NCBI GenBank assembly: GCA_964652825.1
Contig: CAZZCU010000004.1
Span: 47,818-111,817, forward strand
DNA: 64,000 nucleotides
Direction of reading: 5' to 3'
Source: an uncultured Oligoflexales bacterium
GTDB taxonomy: Bacteria > Bdellovibrionota_B > Oligoflexia > Oligoflexales > CAZZCU01
Part shown: positions 37,069-46,640 of the stretch, piece after piece
How the letters are laid out: each line of letters starts with the position of its first letter
Position numbering within the stretch: the stretch's first letter is position 1
Translations under genes and position numbers: made by a program
The notes under the pieces: generated by a model
Seen by the model: the letters and a program-made list of their open reading frames with translations, nothing else
Database searches by the model: none
What the model was told of the DNA's origin: nothing

Positions 37069-38183
37069 CCCTGATCATCGAAGCGGTTACGTAATCTGCC
37101 GCCCTTTTCTACATGCGCGGCGATGCGTCGCTCGGCGAGTAGGTCCGATGCCTGGTGGGTTAGAATGCCCTTCTTCTCGGCGTCGCCAAAGATTTCGAGC
37201 AGGGTGTTATAGATATCGGTGGTTTTGTTTCTGACATTGGTCTCGTCGTAGCCTTTGAGTTCTTCGTAGACATTGATGAGGCCGCCAGCATTGATGACGT
37301 AGTCCGGCGCGTACAGGATGCCGCGCTCTTTGAGCATGGCGCCGTGGCGCGGCTCATCGCGTAGTTGGTTGTTGGCGCCGCCGGCGACGACAGAGGCTCG
37401 CAGCGTGGGAATTGTCTCGTCGTTCAAGATGGCACCGAGGGCGCATGGTGCAAATACATCAACATCCGCTGCATAGATTTCGTGGTTAGCAACGATGCGG
37501 GCGCCGCAGAGTTCTTCGATGCGGTCGGCTTTTGCGGGATCGATGTCGGAGACGACGAGTTTCGCGCCGTCTTTATGCAGGAGTTCGCACAGGTGTGAGC
37601 CGACGGAACCGCAGCCTTGGACGGCGACGCGTAGGCCGGCAACACTGTCTTTTTTGAGTTTGAATTTCACTGCGGCCTTGAGGCCACTATAGACGCCAAG
37701 CGCGGTAAAGGGTGAGGGGTCGCCGGAGCCGCCTTTTAAACCGGTGACGTAACGTGTTTCCAGGCGTACCTGCTCCATATCATTCACATTAATATTAACG
37801 TCTTCGGCAGTGATGTAGCGTCCGCCCAGGCCATCAACGAATTTCCCAAATGCCCGAAAGAAAGCCTCGTTCTTTAGTTTCTTTGGATCACCGATGATGA
37901 CGGCTTTGCCACCACCCAGGTTCAAGCCGGCCACGGCCGCCTTGTAAGTCATGCCGCGCGCTAGACGCAAAACGTCGGTCAGGGCTTCTTCGTCGGAGGT
38001 ATAGTTCCAAAAACGCGAGCCGCCCAGGGCTGGCCCGAGGGTTGTGTTATGGATGGCAATGATGGCTTTTAGGCCGGTCAGTGGATCATTGCAAAATACC
38101 ACCTGCTCATGGCCCATTGTTTTCAGCGTCTCAAATATCGCCAAGGGAACCTCGCTTGCCGTTAACGGCTCGTTTTCGGGCAT
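37050..38183 (-). CDS. ldh: Leucine (Leu/Val/Phe) dehydrogenase
   Basis: HEQVVFCNDPLTGLKAIIAIHNTTLGPALGGSRFWNY...LARGMTYKAAVAGLNLGGGKAVIIGDP...YITAEDV...NAGGLINV is typical of the Glu/Leu/Phe/Val dehydrogenase family and closest to Bacillus LeuDH. ATG 38183 is chosen because the track's 38444 start would overlap mnmG. Confidence 0.85.
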   Translation of the reverse strand: MPENEPLTASEVPLAIFETLKTMGHEQVVFCNDPLTGLKAIIAIHNTTLGPALGGSRFWNYTSDEEALTDVLRLARGMTYKAAVAGLNLGGGKAVIIGDPKKLKNEAFFRAFGKFVDGLGGRYITAEDVNINVNDMEQVRLETRYVTGLKGGSGDPSPFTALGVYSGLKAAVKFKLKKDSVAGLRVAVQGCGSVGSHLCELLHKDGAKLVVSDIDPAKADRIEELCGARIVANHEIYAADVDVFAPCALGAILNDETIPTLRASVVAGGANNQLRDEPRHGAMLKERGILYAPDYVINAGGLINVYEELKGYDETNVRNKTTDIYNTLLEIFGDAEKKGILTHQASDLLAERRIAAHVEKGGRLRNRFDDQGWGRDF

Positions 38184-38279
38184 TTTTTTAGCTCTAGGGC
38201 TAGAAACATTACCCAAACCTTGCGTGGTTGGCAAGACTACTGCTATGTAGGGACCCTCTGATGCGAGGGGCGTTTTTGT

Positions 38280-40127
38280 ATGGAAAAATTCGAGGTCATC
38301 GTTGCCGGCGGCGGGCACGCGGGGTGCGAAGCAGCACTGGCCGCCGCCCGTATGGGCGCCAAGACTTTGCTGGTAACGCAATCCGTCGAGCGGATCGCCG
38401 CCATGAGCTGCAATCCTGCCATTGGCGGGACGGCTAAAGGCCACCTCGTCAAGGAAATCGATGCCCTCGGTGGCGAGATGGGCAAAGCCATCGATGCAAC
38501 GGGTATTCAGTTTCGCATTTTGAATCGCAAAAAAGGTCCGGCGATCTGGTCATCGCGCGCGCAAGCCGATATGGATTTGTATCGGCGTTATATGAAGCAT
38601 CGCCTGGAAAACACCCCTGGTCTTTCGATTCGGCAGGATTCCGTTGAGGGTTTGTTGGTGGAAGGCGACGGAGAGAGCGCGCGTGTTGTTGGCGTGGAGA
38701 CGAAAAATTTTGGTCGCCTCGGTGCGGACACCATCATTATTACGAGTGGTACCTTCCTAAACGGCCTTATTCATATTGGTAATAACAAAACGTCCGCCGG
38801 TCGTGCTGGCGAGCCACCGTCAGTGGGTCTGGCGGCATCGATTCGCGCCACCGGTTTTCGCGTCGGTCGTCTCAAGACCGGAACAACGCCGCGTCTTGAC
38901 GGCCGCACAATCGATTGGGATCGACTGGAAGTGCAGCACTCGGATCCGGAGATCATTCCGTTTAGTTTTGCGACGACTGCGATCACGCAGAAATTGATCC
39001 CGTGCCATATCACCCACACCAACGCTAATACGCACGCGGTTATTCAGAAGCATCTGCATCAGTCACCGCTGTACAGTGGTGAGATCGTCGGTATTGGTCC
39101 GCGCTATTGTCCTTCGATCGAAGACAAAGTGGTGAAGTTCCAGGATCGTCAAGCGCACCAGATTTTTCTGGAGCCGCAAGGTTATGATACCTGCGAGGTT
39201 TATCCTAACGGCTTATCGACGTCGTTGCCTCTCGCCGCGCAAATTGAGTTTGTGCGCACGATTGTTGGTTTGGAGCGCGCGGAGATTATTCGTCCGGGGT
39301 ATGCGATTGAATATGATTTCGTCGATCCGACCGAGCTGCGCGCCACCCTTGAGACCAAGCGCGTCGCGGGGTTGTATCTGGCCGGACAGATCAACGGTAC
39401 CACGGGTTATGAGGAAGCAGCGGCGCAAGGACTTATGGCCGGCATCAACGCTGCGCTGCGTGTCGGCGGCAAAGAGCCGCTTGTGCTCGAACGCTCCGCG
39501 GCTTACATCGGTGTGTTGATCGATGATCTGATCACCAAGGGTACGAGTGAGCCGTATCGTATGTTTACTTCGCGCGCCGAGCATCGGTTGTATTTGCGTG
39601 AGGATAATGCTGATTCGCGTCTCACCGAATTTGGTCGTGCTATTGGTCTCGTCAACGACGCCGACTATGTATTATTCCAAGAACGCGAGCGCCAACTGCG
39701 CGCTGGTCTGGAATACGTGACGAAAGCTACGGTGGGCGAGACGACGCTGCCATCCACATTTCTTGAGGCCAAAGATAACAGCGGTACCAAACTCGAAACA
39801 ATTATTCGCCGTCCCGATATCGATATTGCCGGCATGCGTCAACACGTCGCCGGTCTGCAATCCCTGCATCCCGCAGTACTTCGTCGTATCGAGATTGAGT
39901 TGAAGTACGCCGGCTATATCGCCCGTGAGCGACGCGCGTTACGCGATGCCGCGGCGTTGGATCGCGTGCGTATTCCTGGTTCGCTCGATTACAAATCGGT
40001 CAATGGCTTGAGCCGCGAGGTTACGGAGAAATTGATACGTTTTCAGCCAGAAACTCTTGGGCAAGCGTCCAGAATTAGTGGTATAACCCCCGCAGCTATA
40101 CAAATATTGCACGTTCACTTGCGATAA
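38280..40127 (+). CDS. mnmG: tRNA uridine 5-carboxymethylaminomethyl modification enzyme MnmG (GidA)
   Basis: [57 protein letters not shown] and the C-terminal [11 protein letters not shown] are the MnmG hallmarks. Confidence 0.95.
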   Translation: MEKFEVIVAGGGHAGCEAALAAARMGAKTLLVTQSVERIAAMSCNPAIGGTAKGHLVKEIDALGGEMGKAIDATGIQFRILNRKKGPAIWSSRAQADMDLYRRYMKHRLENTPGLSIRQDSVEGLLVEGDGESARVVGVETKNFGRLGADTIIITSGTFLNGLIHIGNNKTSAGRAGEPPSVGLAASIRATGFRVGRLKTGTTPRLDGRTIDWDRLEVQHSDPEIIPFSFATTAITQKLIPCHITHTNANTHAVIQKHLHQSPLYSGEIVGIGPRYCPSIEDKVVKFQDRQAHQIFLEPQGYDTCEVYPNGLSTSLPLAAQIEFVRTIVGLERAEIIRPGYAIEYDFVDPTELRATLETKRVAGLYLAGQINGTTGYEEAAAQGLMAGINAALRVGGKEPLVLERSAAYIGVLIDDLITKGTSEPYRMFTSRAEHRLYLREDNADSRLTEFGRAIGLVNDADYVLFQERERQLRAGLEYVTKATVGETTLPSTFLEAKDNSGTKLETIIRRPDIDIAGMRQHVAGLQSLHPAVLRRIEIELKYAGYIARERRALRDAAALDRVRIPGSLDYKSVNGLSREVTEKLIRFQPETLGQASRISGITPAAIQILHVHLR

Positions 40128-40142
40128 TCAGGGGATGATTAC

Positions 40143-40985
40143 ATGACAGATCTTTCGACTTCTGGTCAGTCTGGTGCGACCGCGATACCACCTGCCGGCA
40201 TGCAACAACAAGCCACCACCAACAATGCGTTCGTTTCTGAAGCTGTAACGACGCACGCCGCGCATTTGCAGCGCGTTGATGTCGATGATGGTTATATTCA
40301 GTTGGTGGATTATATGGGTGCGGGCGATTTAGCCGTGGTCAATGCGGCGCGCGTGTCGTTTGGCAAACGTAAAACCGTGTTTGAAGATCAAGATACCAAG
40401 TTGATTCGTTACCTGGCGAAGCACAAGCATATGAGTCCGTTTCGGCATATGCAGTTTAGTTTTTTGATTCACACGTCGGAAGTTGTTTGTCGCCAACTGT
40501 ATAAACATCAAGTTGGTTGCGCGTATACGGCGGGTGAATTTCGCGAAGCCGCCACGGTCTGGAATGAGATCTCCGGCCGCTACGTTGAATTCGCGCCGGA
40601 ATTTCATCAAGTCACCGCGTTCCGCAAACAACACACCTCCAATAAGCAGGCATCATTGCCGGATCAATTGATTGAGGCGAATACCGAGGCGATCGCACTT
40701 TATGAGAAAACCATCGCCGACAGCTATGCCGCTTACAAGCGTTTGCTTGAACTAGGTGCTTGTCGTGAACAGGCCCGGATGGTGTTACCAGTGTCGTTCA
40801 TGAATACTTTGGTGTTTACCGCCTCACTCGAAGCCGTGGCGAATTTCATCAAATTGCGTGATCACGATGGTGCACAGCTGGAAATTCGTAAGTTGGCGCA
40901 AGCTATGCATAAATTGGTCGAACCCATTTGTCCGGTCTCGGTCGCGGCCTTGCTGGAAACTTCTAATAGCTCCCTGTCATCCTGA
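40143..40985 (+). CDS. thyX: FAD-dependent thymidylate synthase ThyX
   Basis: ThyX motif region HMSPFRHMQFSFLI (RHxxxS) and EISGRYVEF. The size fits after a ~45-aa N-terminal extension. Confidence 0.85.
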   Translation: MTDLSTSGQSGATAIPPAGMQQQATTNNAFVSEAVTTHAAHLQRVDVDDGYIQLVDYMGAGDLAVVNAARVSFGKRKTVFEDQDTKLIRYLAKHKHMSPFRHMQFSFLIHTSEVVCRQLYKHQVGCAYTAGEFREAATVWNEISGRYVEFAPEFHQVTAFRKQHTSNKQASLPDQLIEANTEAIALYEKTIADSYAAYKRLLELGACREQARMVLPVSFMNTLVFTASLEAVANFIKLRDHDGAQLEIRKLAQAMHKLVEPICPVSVAALLETSNSSLSS

Positions 40986-41138
40986 GCAGGGGGGTCTTTG
41001 CTTTCCAAAATTCTTATTAGAAGGAGATTAAAAACTCCTTGCTAAAACCTCAACTTTGGATTTTAACTGGCCAGCTAGTCAATTTTTTGGGCAGATCGCC
41101 GTGAAATGCCTGCGACATCGATATTAGAGGAGAGATCG

Positions 41139-43181
41139 ATGAAGACGCCCCATAAGGCAAGTCAAGGAATACGTGGACTTGGTGCTTATCAGCTCGTTCT
41201 AGGAGTCTTTTTGACCGGGTTGATGGTGTCGGGGGGCTGCAGCCAACACGACGCAGATCCCAGTGATTTACGTCATAACATCAATGAGCCGGTAAATCAC
41301 ACAGCAGGCTATCTATGGCAGGAGCTGACACCGCAGGTGTTTAAGCAAGTCGTCGTTCCTATTATGCGTATGTGGACGGACGGTGAGGCTGAGTATCTGG
41401 AAGATGATCATGAACTGGTCATCAAATCACAACAGTGGATTGATAAAATTCACAATGAATTGACCAAGCGTTATCCTCAGGAAATGGCGGAGATTCCACG
41501 TCCTATCGCCAAAGTTCTGCTTGATCCTACTCCTAATGCATTCGTAATGCCGATTCCGGTCTGTTATTCGCTGCCGGTTGTCTGGGGTAACCCAAAGAAT
41601 GTTTTTGATGTGGATGAAAATGATGATGATATTTTCGCCGGTTTGCTGAAGCAAGTTGGTGTGCGTTCCCAAACCGCTGATGACGTCTGGTTATCTCCAG
41701 ATGGTATCGTCATGCGTGCCTGGAACCGTGGTCATTGTGTTCCACGTGAAGTGAATGGCGAACTCGAAAAATTCGCGGCCTGGTTCTCCGACCATAGCGG
41801 CGGCTGCAAGATGACACTGAAAGACGGTGCTAAATTTGGCCTGGAAGCACCGCAAGTAGCACACTTGGAAGGTGAATGTCAGCTTGATCGCAGCCTCGCT
41901 GGTACAACGTATGCGCGGCGCTTGGTGGTTGGCGCGACTGGCGGCATGGTCACGTTCCATTCCGGTTTGGCAACGATCATGGACGAAGAAGAGTTTATCT
42001 CGGTCGCAGCCCATGAGCTGGGACATTACTATCGTGGTCACGTGATTTTGAACGAAAAACTGGACTATGAGTTTTTCTACAAAATCGGCCGTCGTAACGA
42101 TGACAAAAAACCCGCAGCTGATTCATCGCTACAATCTTTTGGCGAAGAGTTGAAGAGCTTGGAATTCAACACGCGTTATTATCGGCAAGTGAAGGAACAA
42201 AAGTTTCGTTCAGAAGTTTTTATGCCGGCGATTGTCGCGGCGGCTTCCATTGCCGGAACTCAGGATTGCGAAGCTGGTGCGTGTAACGAAACCTGCGCCA
42301 AGCTGGGCGAATTGATTCAGTCGGATGAATTTCAAGATCAGATCGGCCGCTTTCCGATCGCGGTTTTGTCCGGAGACGGCATCGAAACCTACCATCGTTT
42401 CGAGCGTGAGTTTGCGGAATGTGCCGGTGCGGTAAAAGTTACCGAAGAAGGTAGTGATGACGGCTCGGCTTTAAGCTTGGCGCTGATGAAGCGTTCGCTG
42501 CAGGCGGATTCTAATCTGGCGCCGATGCTGCGCGGAACACCAATGAAAGATACCGTACTTGAGACGATTGTTGCCGCGCAGGAAACCCTGGCGGAGGCTG
42601 AAGCAAAAGCCGCGGCCCCGTTGAAAAAAGCGCACGAGATGAAACTTGGTTACTATACGGTTGAGCAGGAAGCTGACGAGATTTCCATCGAATGGATGTC
42701 GTATGTCGGTCTTGACCCCAAGCACGCTATCGAGGCTGAGTTGGTTCTTGGCGAGTTCATCGAAGAGATGTACGGCCAAGCCGGTATCCGTCCTTATCCA
42801 ATGACGGTTGGCGCACAAGAGTGCCGTGACTTGTACGAAAATAGCTGGGAACGCGAAGGTGATTATCAGCATATTCCCATCGGTGATTTTGCCGACAATC
42901 ATCACAGCAGCTGTTTCCGCGCCTTTAATTTGCATCGCGAAGTCGAAGCACATCAATTCCGTGTTTCCGATCAGGTGGCATTTGCGGGTCTGTCGAGCAA
43001 TGTTGGTACCTGGGAATCAATAAAAGCGGATTTGAATGAGCGTCATGGTGGTGTTGAGCATGTTGGAGCTTTCTTGCGCTCAACTGCTATCGATCGCACC
43101 TTGCAACGTGCGGATTTTAAGCACAGCCAACATCCGTTGGAGCGCCAGCTACACCGTTGTCGCTTTTACGGCAACCTGTAA
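41139..43181 (+). CDS. Lipoprotein zinc metalloprotease, M48-like with a large insertion
   Basis: Lipobox MVSGGC. HExxH at AAHELGHYY (nt 42012-42026). A downstream E-x-E-A-D block (YTVEQEADEISIEW), as in M48 peptidases, lies about 215 aa later. ATG 41139 follows GAGGAGAG. Confidence 0.6.
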   Translation: MKTPHKASQGIRGLGAYQLVLGVFLTGLMVSGGCSQHDADPSDLRHNINEPVNHTAGYLWQELTPQVFKQVVVPIMRMWTDGEAEYLEDDHELVIKSQQWIDKIHNELTKRYPQEMAEIPRPIAKVLLDPTPNAFVMPIPVCYSLPVVWGNPKNVFDVDENDDDIFAGLLKQVGVRSQTADDVWLSPDGIVMRAWNRGHCVPREVNGELEKFAAWFSDHSGGCKMTLKDGAKFGLEAPQVAHLEGECQLDRSLAGTTYARRLVVGATGGMVTFHSGLATIMDEEEFISVAAHELGHYYRGHVILNEKLDYEFFYKIGRRNDDKKPAADSSLQSFGEELKSLEFNTRYYRQVKEQKFRSEVFMPAIVAAASIAGTQDCEAGACNETCAKLGELIQSDEFQDQIGRFPIAVLSGDGIETYHRFEREFAECAGAVKVTEEGSDDGSALSLALMKRSLQADSNLAPMLRGTPMKDTVLETIVAAQETLAEAEAKAAAPLKKAHEMKLGYYTVEQEADEISIEWMSYVGLDPKHAIEAELVLGEFIEEMYGQAGIRPYPMTVGAQECRDLYENSWEREGDYQHIPIGDFADNHHSSCFRAFNLHREVEAHQFRVSDQVAFAGLSSNVGTWESIKADLNERHGGVEHVGAFLRSTAIDRTLQRADFKHSQHPLERQLHRCRFYGNL

Positions 43182-43190
43182 ATTATAATT

Positions 43191-43229
43191 GGAACTAGTT
43201 CCGGGGATACGGAAATTAAGTGTCCCCGG
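43191..43229. terminator. Hairpin pair between convergent genes
   Basis: Palindrome GGAACTAGTTCC (43191-43202), then CCGGGGA (43201-43207) pairing with TCCCCGG (43223-43229). The second arm lies inside the 3' end of the MFS gene. Confidence 0.35.
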
Positions 43230-44397
43230 ATTTTGCCAAGAGATAAGTTACACTAACTAAAACTGCGATTGTCCCCGCAAATATCCATAAGAGTTGGTCC
43301 AAGCGACCAAGTGCTACAAATCCACCCACCGGCAAAACAGCGATGGCGCAGACGGCGCGATCGATCAACGATTCCAGCGACAAGACTGTGGCGCGTAGAT
43401 GACTTTGTGTGGCTTTAATTTGATCGTTAAGTAGTTGTTTTTGGATGGGGAACGCTACGCCCGCCGCGCCAGCGAAGATCAGCAGTGAGATAACAGTGCC
43501 GAGTTGCGCACTAAAGGTAATTGCAAGCAGGCAGATACAGAGAATCAAGGTCATCAACCACACAATCGTTAACAGACTCAGTCTGCTGCTGACACGAAAT
43601 GCGGTACGTGATGCCAGCGCCTCACTGGCGGTCATTGCCGAGAGAACCCAACCGAAGTGAACGATCGAAAATCCTTTGGTGGCTAGAATTGGTTGAAAGA
43701 TATTTACTTCCATTAAGCGCACTAAAACGAAAATACCAACGCCTTGCAGCATGATGACAAACAAGCGCGGTGATGTAAGGAGTAGTTGCACAGCGGCGGC
43801 AAGACCGGTGTTGCTGGTGGAGGGACGTATTTCGGCCGGTGATTTTTTTAGATCCGGGAGCAGGATCGCCATGACAAAAGCGATACCAGCACTAAGGACA
43901 GTCAGTGCATAGGGAAGCAGAGGATTCAGCAGCACCATATAGCCGCTGAATGCCCACAAAACGATTCTTGCGATCAGACCGACTGCTCGCGCGTTACCTT
44001 CGACACGTGCATACTGATGGGCTTGGTCTCGGTTGCGCAGATATTCATAGAGATACGCACTCGAAGCACCGGAAACAAATGATCGAGCCAATGCGATCAG
44101 ACAAAAGTGCAGCAAAAAGCCGTAAAAATCGGCGGCGAATAGGGGCAATAGGTTGGCGGTGACTAAGGTAAGACCGCCTAGGATCATACTTTTGCGAAAA
44201 CCAAAGCGATCGGCAAATAAGCCGGTTGGCAATTCAAACAAACAAAACACAAGATAGTAAATGCTTTGAATCTGAAAAATCTGGGGATCGCTAAGACCAC
44301 TTTGTTTTTGGATCTGATAAAAAACCGGCACCCAAAGCAACAAGCCGAAGAACAGCTGAAAGCTATAATACAGCGTTGCCAGGCGACGATCAGTCAT
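43216..44397 (-). CDS. MFS transporter
   Basis: 393 aa with ~12 hydrophobic helices. The loop motif LFADRFGFRKS resembles the MFS D-R-x-G-R-[KR] signature. It starts 7 nt after the upstream gene's stop. Confidence 0.8.
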   Translation of the reverse strand: MTDRRLATLYYSFQLFFGLLLWVPVFYQIQKQSGLSDPQIFQIQSIYYLVFCLFELPTGLFADRFGFRKSMILGGLTLVTANLLPLFAADFYGFLLHFCLIALARSFVSGASSAYLYEYLRNRDQAHQYARVEGNARAVGLIARIVLWAFSGYMVLLNPLLPYALTVLSAGIAFVMAILLPDLKKSPAEIRPSTSNTGLAAAVQLLLTSPRLFVIMLQGVGIFVLVRLMEVNIFQPILATKGFSIVHFGWVLSAMTASEALASRTAFRVSSRLSLLTIVWLMTLILCICLLAITFSAQLGTVISLLIFAGAAGVAFPIQKQLLNDQIKATQSHLRATVLSLESLIDRAVCAIAVLPVGGFVALGRLDQLLWIFAGTIAVLVSVTYLLAKSGDT

Positions 44398-44403
44398 ACG
44401 ACA

Positions 44404-46443
44404 TCAGCGCTGGTAGGGACGAAGTTGTAAGATATATAAGGTATCGCCTTTGGCTGCCCACTCGATATCAACCGGTGCTGAGAAGGTGTAGTCGGGTGAG
44501 AAGTGCGATTGCAACAGGCGACCGACAATTGCGAGGCGCTGCAACAGGTTCTTTTGTTGGGGCGATAAATCTTCTTGGTGGCTGCCGAGTGACAAGGTGC
44601 GGCCGCCGCCTTCGACGGTGTTGTATAGATATTGGAGCGGCAGGTCGGAGCCCTGTACGACGCTTTCCACGGATTTAGTTGAAACATTGATGTAAACGTT
44701 GCGAAAATCAGTATCCGGATTGCCTGGGTTCATCGTTACCAGCACGCCACCCATTTCTGATTCGACTTGTTCCTGGATGATGACACCCATGTAGGCATCG
44801 TCAAGACTGATACCGACCTCGTGACGCAAGCGTACGCTACGTGGTGAGACCAGCGAGCTCCAAACGGATTTGATGCTGTCAAAAATCTTCTCGGCGGTAG
44901 CGACATGATTGACGGACTCATAGATGCCGGCCGCGGAGAATTTATCAAGATCTTCGGCATTGGATGAGCTGCGTACAACCATATGCGAGACCCCGCCCAG
45001 ATGTGTAGCGATTTGAGCATCGATACGATCGCGTAATTTATCCGAGAAGCGTGTCGATAAAATCAACTGCTGGAGTTTGACGCATAATGGATCAATCTCT
45101 TTGGCATTCAAGGTTAATGCCATTTTTAGTTTGCCGATGGTTTGTTGAATCTTGGGGCTGGACTCCAGGAATTCCTGTTGCACGGAAAAGGGAATAGCGA
45201 TGCCGCGGGGAATGCGAATCCCGGTGCGTAAGAAATTCCAGGCGTACTTGGAGAAGTCAGCGTCGTCGGGTGCGTTCAGATACTTGGCGATATAAGGCAA
45301 TAGGTGTTTGCGCGGTGGTCGCGGTACACGATAAAAACCAAGAATGCGGCCGGAGCCGTGCTTGAGCAGATTCTTCATTTCGCCTAAGTTGGCGGCTTTG
45401 GTGCCGTAGCGGAAGCGATCGCTCATGCGTAGTTGACCAAGCTTAACGATCGGTGTGTGCGTGGTTTGTGGCTCTTCCAAGCGAATTTGCTGGACCGTCC
45501 AGCTGGGTTTTTGCGGCTCGCTCGCCGGTGGTTCGGAGGCTTCGAGCAAAATCCGATCGGCTTTAATATCGACTTCGTAGCGCACCCAGCAACCATCGAG
45601 CTTGCGTTGTGTGATTTCATCGATGATGCCGACTTGGACGGAGTTGGGAATCTGCCAGCCGGAGGCCAGGACATTGGTGTGTGATAACGGTGTTACATGC
45701 ATATTGCTGATGATGCCGGCAAGACGTGGAATATCGTCAGGTACTTTATCCATGACGATAATATCGTACCAACTAAGCGTAGCCGCCTGCGCGCGGTAAT
45801 CTTCGGGCGAATTAAAGACGCGTAGGCGTCCCACCGCGTTACCTGGGTGCAACGCAACATAAGCGGCGGTGGAAAATAACTCGTGCGAATAAACGCGCGG
45901 CAATTCGATCGGCGAGATCGCGGCGACGATACTTTCCTGTAAATGATTGGCTGGTTTAAAGAGCAAGGGAATCGCGGCGTCAATATGCTGCGCGATGAAA
46001 GCAAAGAAATAGCGCAACATGTTGGCGTTCATGTTATCGATTTCGACAGTTTCTAAAGCAAAGAAACGGTCGTCCTTGCGCTTGTGAAACGATAACACGC
46101 CCAAATAAAAACGCCGATCGGGGCTTAGATAAACCTGGCGATTGAACTCATCAATTTTACCGCGTAGTTCGTCGATCGGGACGCGCAAAATATTTTCGGC
46201 GATGTAATCAACATGAAAACTATATGCGGCGCTGTTGATGAAATGGATTTTATCTAATTCGCGATCAACCACGACTTTGATGAACTCGTAACCACTCATC
46301 ATGCCGCGTAATTGCTGGAAAGCCGCCAGCGTAAGACGGGTGTCACTGATACCCGGCAGAATGCCCGGCGTGGCATTGGGTTGGTGCATAGGCGGCAATG
46401 GCGGCATAGCGAGGCTTGGTTTTGAAGCTTGCGATTCCAACAC
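44404..46443 (-). CDS. PEP-utilising-family phosphotransferase with permuted order: unknown N-domain, swivel-His domain, then C-terminal PPDK_N ATP-grasp domain
   Basis: aa ~198-275: GNAVGRLRV...YDIIVMDKVPDDIPRLAGIISNMHVTPLSHTNVLASGWQIPN resembles the mobile His domain. aa ~335-679: YGTKAANLGEM, IPRGIAIPF, VVRSSSNAEDL..FSAAGIYES, MGVIIQEQVESEMGGVLVTMNP and VDIEWAAKGDTLYILQLRP indicate a PPDK_N/PpsA N-terminal domain. Confidence 0.7.
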   Translation of the reverse strand: MLESQASKPSLAMPPLPPMHQPNATPGILPGISDTRLTLAAFQQLRGMMSGYEFIKVVVDRELDKIHFINSAAYSFHVDYIAENILRVPIDELRGKIDEFNRQVYLSPDRRFYLGVLSFHKRKDDRFFALETVEIDNMNANMLRYFFAFIAQHIDAAIPLLFKPANHLQESIVAAISPIELPRVYSHELFSTAAYVALHPGNAVGRLRVFNSPEDYRAQAATLSWYDIIVMDKVPDDIPRLAGIISNMHVTPLSHTNVLASGWQIPNSVQVGIIDEITQRKLDGCWVRYEVDIKADRILLEASEPPASEPQKPSWTVQQIRLEEPQTTHTPIVKLGQLRMSDRFRYGTKAANLGEMKNLLKHGSGRILGFYRVPRPPRKHLLPYIAKYLNAPDDADFSKYAWNFLRTGIRIPRGIAIPFSVQQEFLESSPKIQQTIGKLKMALTLNAKEIDPLCVKLQQLILSTRFSDKLRDRIDAQIATHLGGVSHMVVRSSSNAEDLDKFSAAGIYESVNHVATAEKIFDSIKSVWSSLVSPRSVRLRHEVGISLDDAYMGVIIQEQVESEMGGVLVTMNPGNPDTDFRNVYINVSTKSVESVVQGSDLPLQYLYNTVEGGGRTLSLGSHQEDLSPQQKNLLQRLAIVGRLLQSHFSPDYTFSAPVDIEWAAKGDTLYILQLRPYQR

Positions 46444-46640
46444 GTGACACCACCATTATTAAAAATATATCCGCATTTTAATGATTTTATATTAAAAATC
46501 AATAATAATTATATAAAAGTATGATTTTTTATTAAAATGTAAAATGCCAGCAATTTTAAGGAATTAGATAAGGGGACAGTCGTGTGTCCCCATAACTGTG
46601 TCCTGGACGCTCTAGCAAAGGGTCGGTATCTTAGCCGCTT

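Noticed and set aside
38254-38279. Hairpin CCCTC-N6-GAGGG plus T-run immediately before the mnmG start, as a possible attenuator or SD-sequestering element
   Set aside because: The stem is only 5 bp and the T-run is simply the spacer between SD and ATG. This is too weak to call without conservation data.
38184-38444. N-terminal extension of the leucine dehydrogenase ORF to 38444
   Set aside because: Homology to Leu/Phe/Val dehydrogenases starts just after Met at 38183. The extension would overlap the mnmG start by 165 nt and translates to Gly/Pro/Ala-rich sequence.
46581-46610. Shared string GTGTGTCCC(C)...TGGACGC at 46581-46610 and 51023-51041, with GTGTGTCCC also at 34259
   Set aside because: One copy is inside a coding region on the opposite strand and the matches are short and gapped. 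This is most likely chance.
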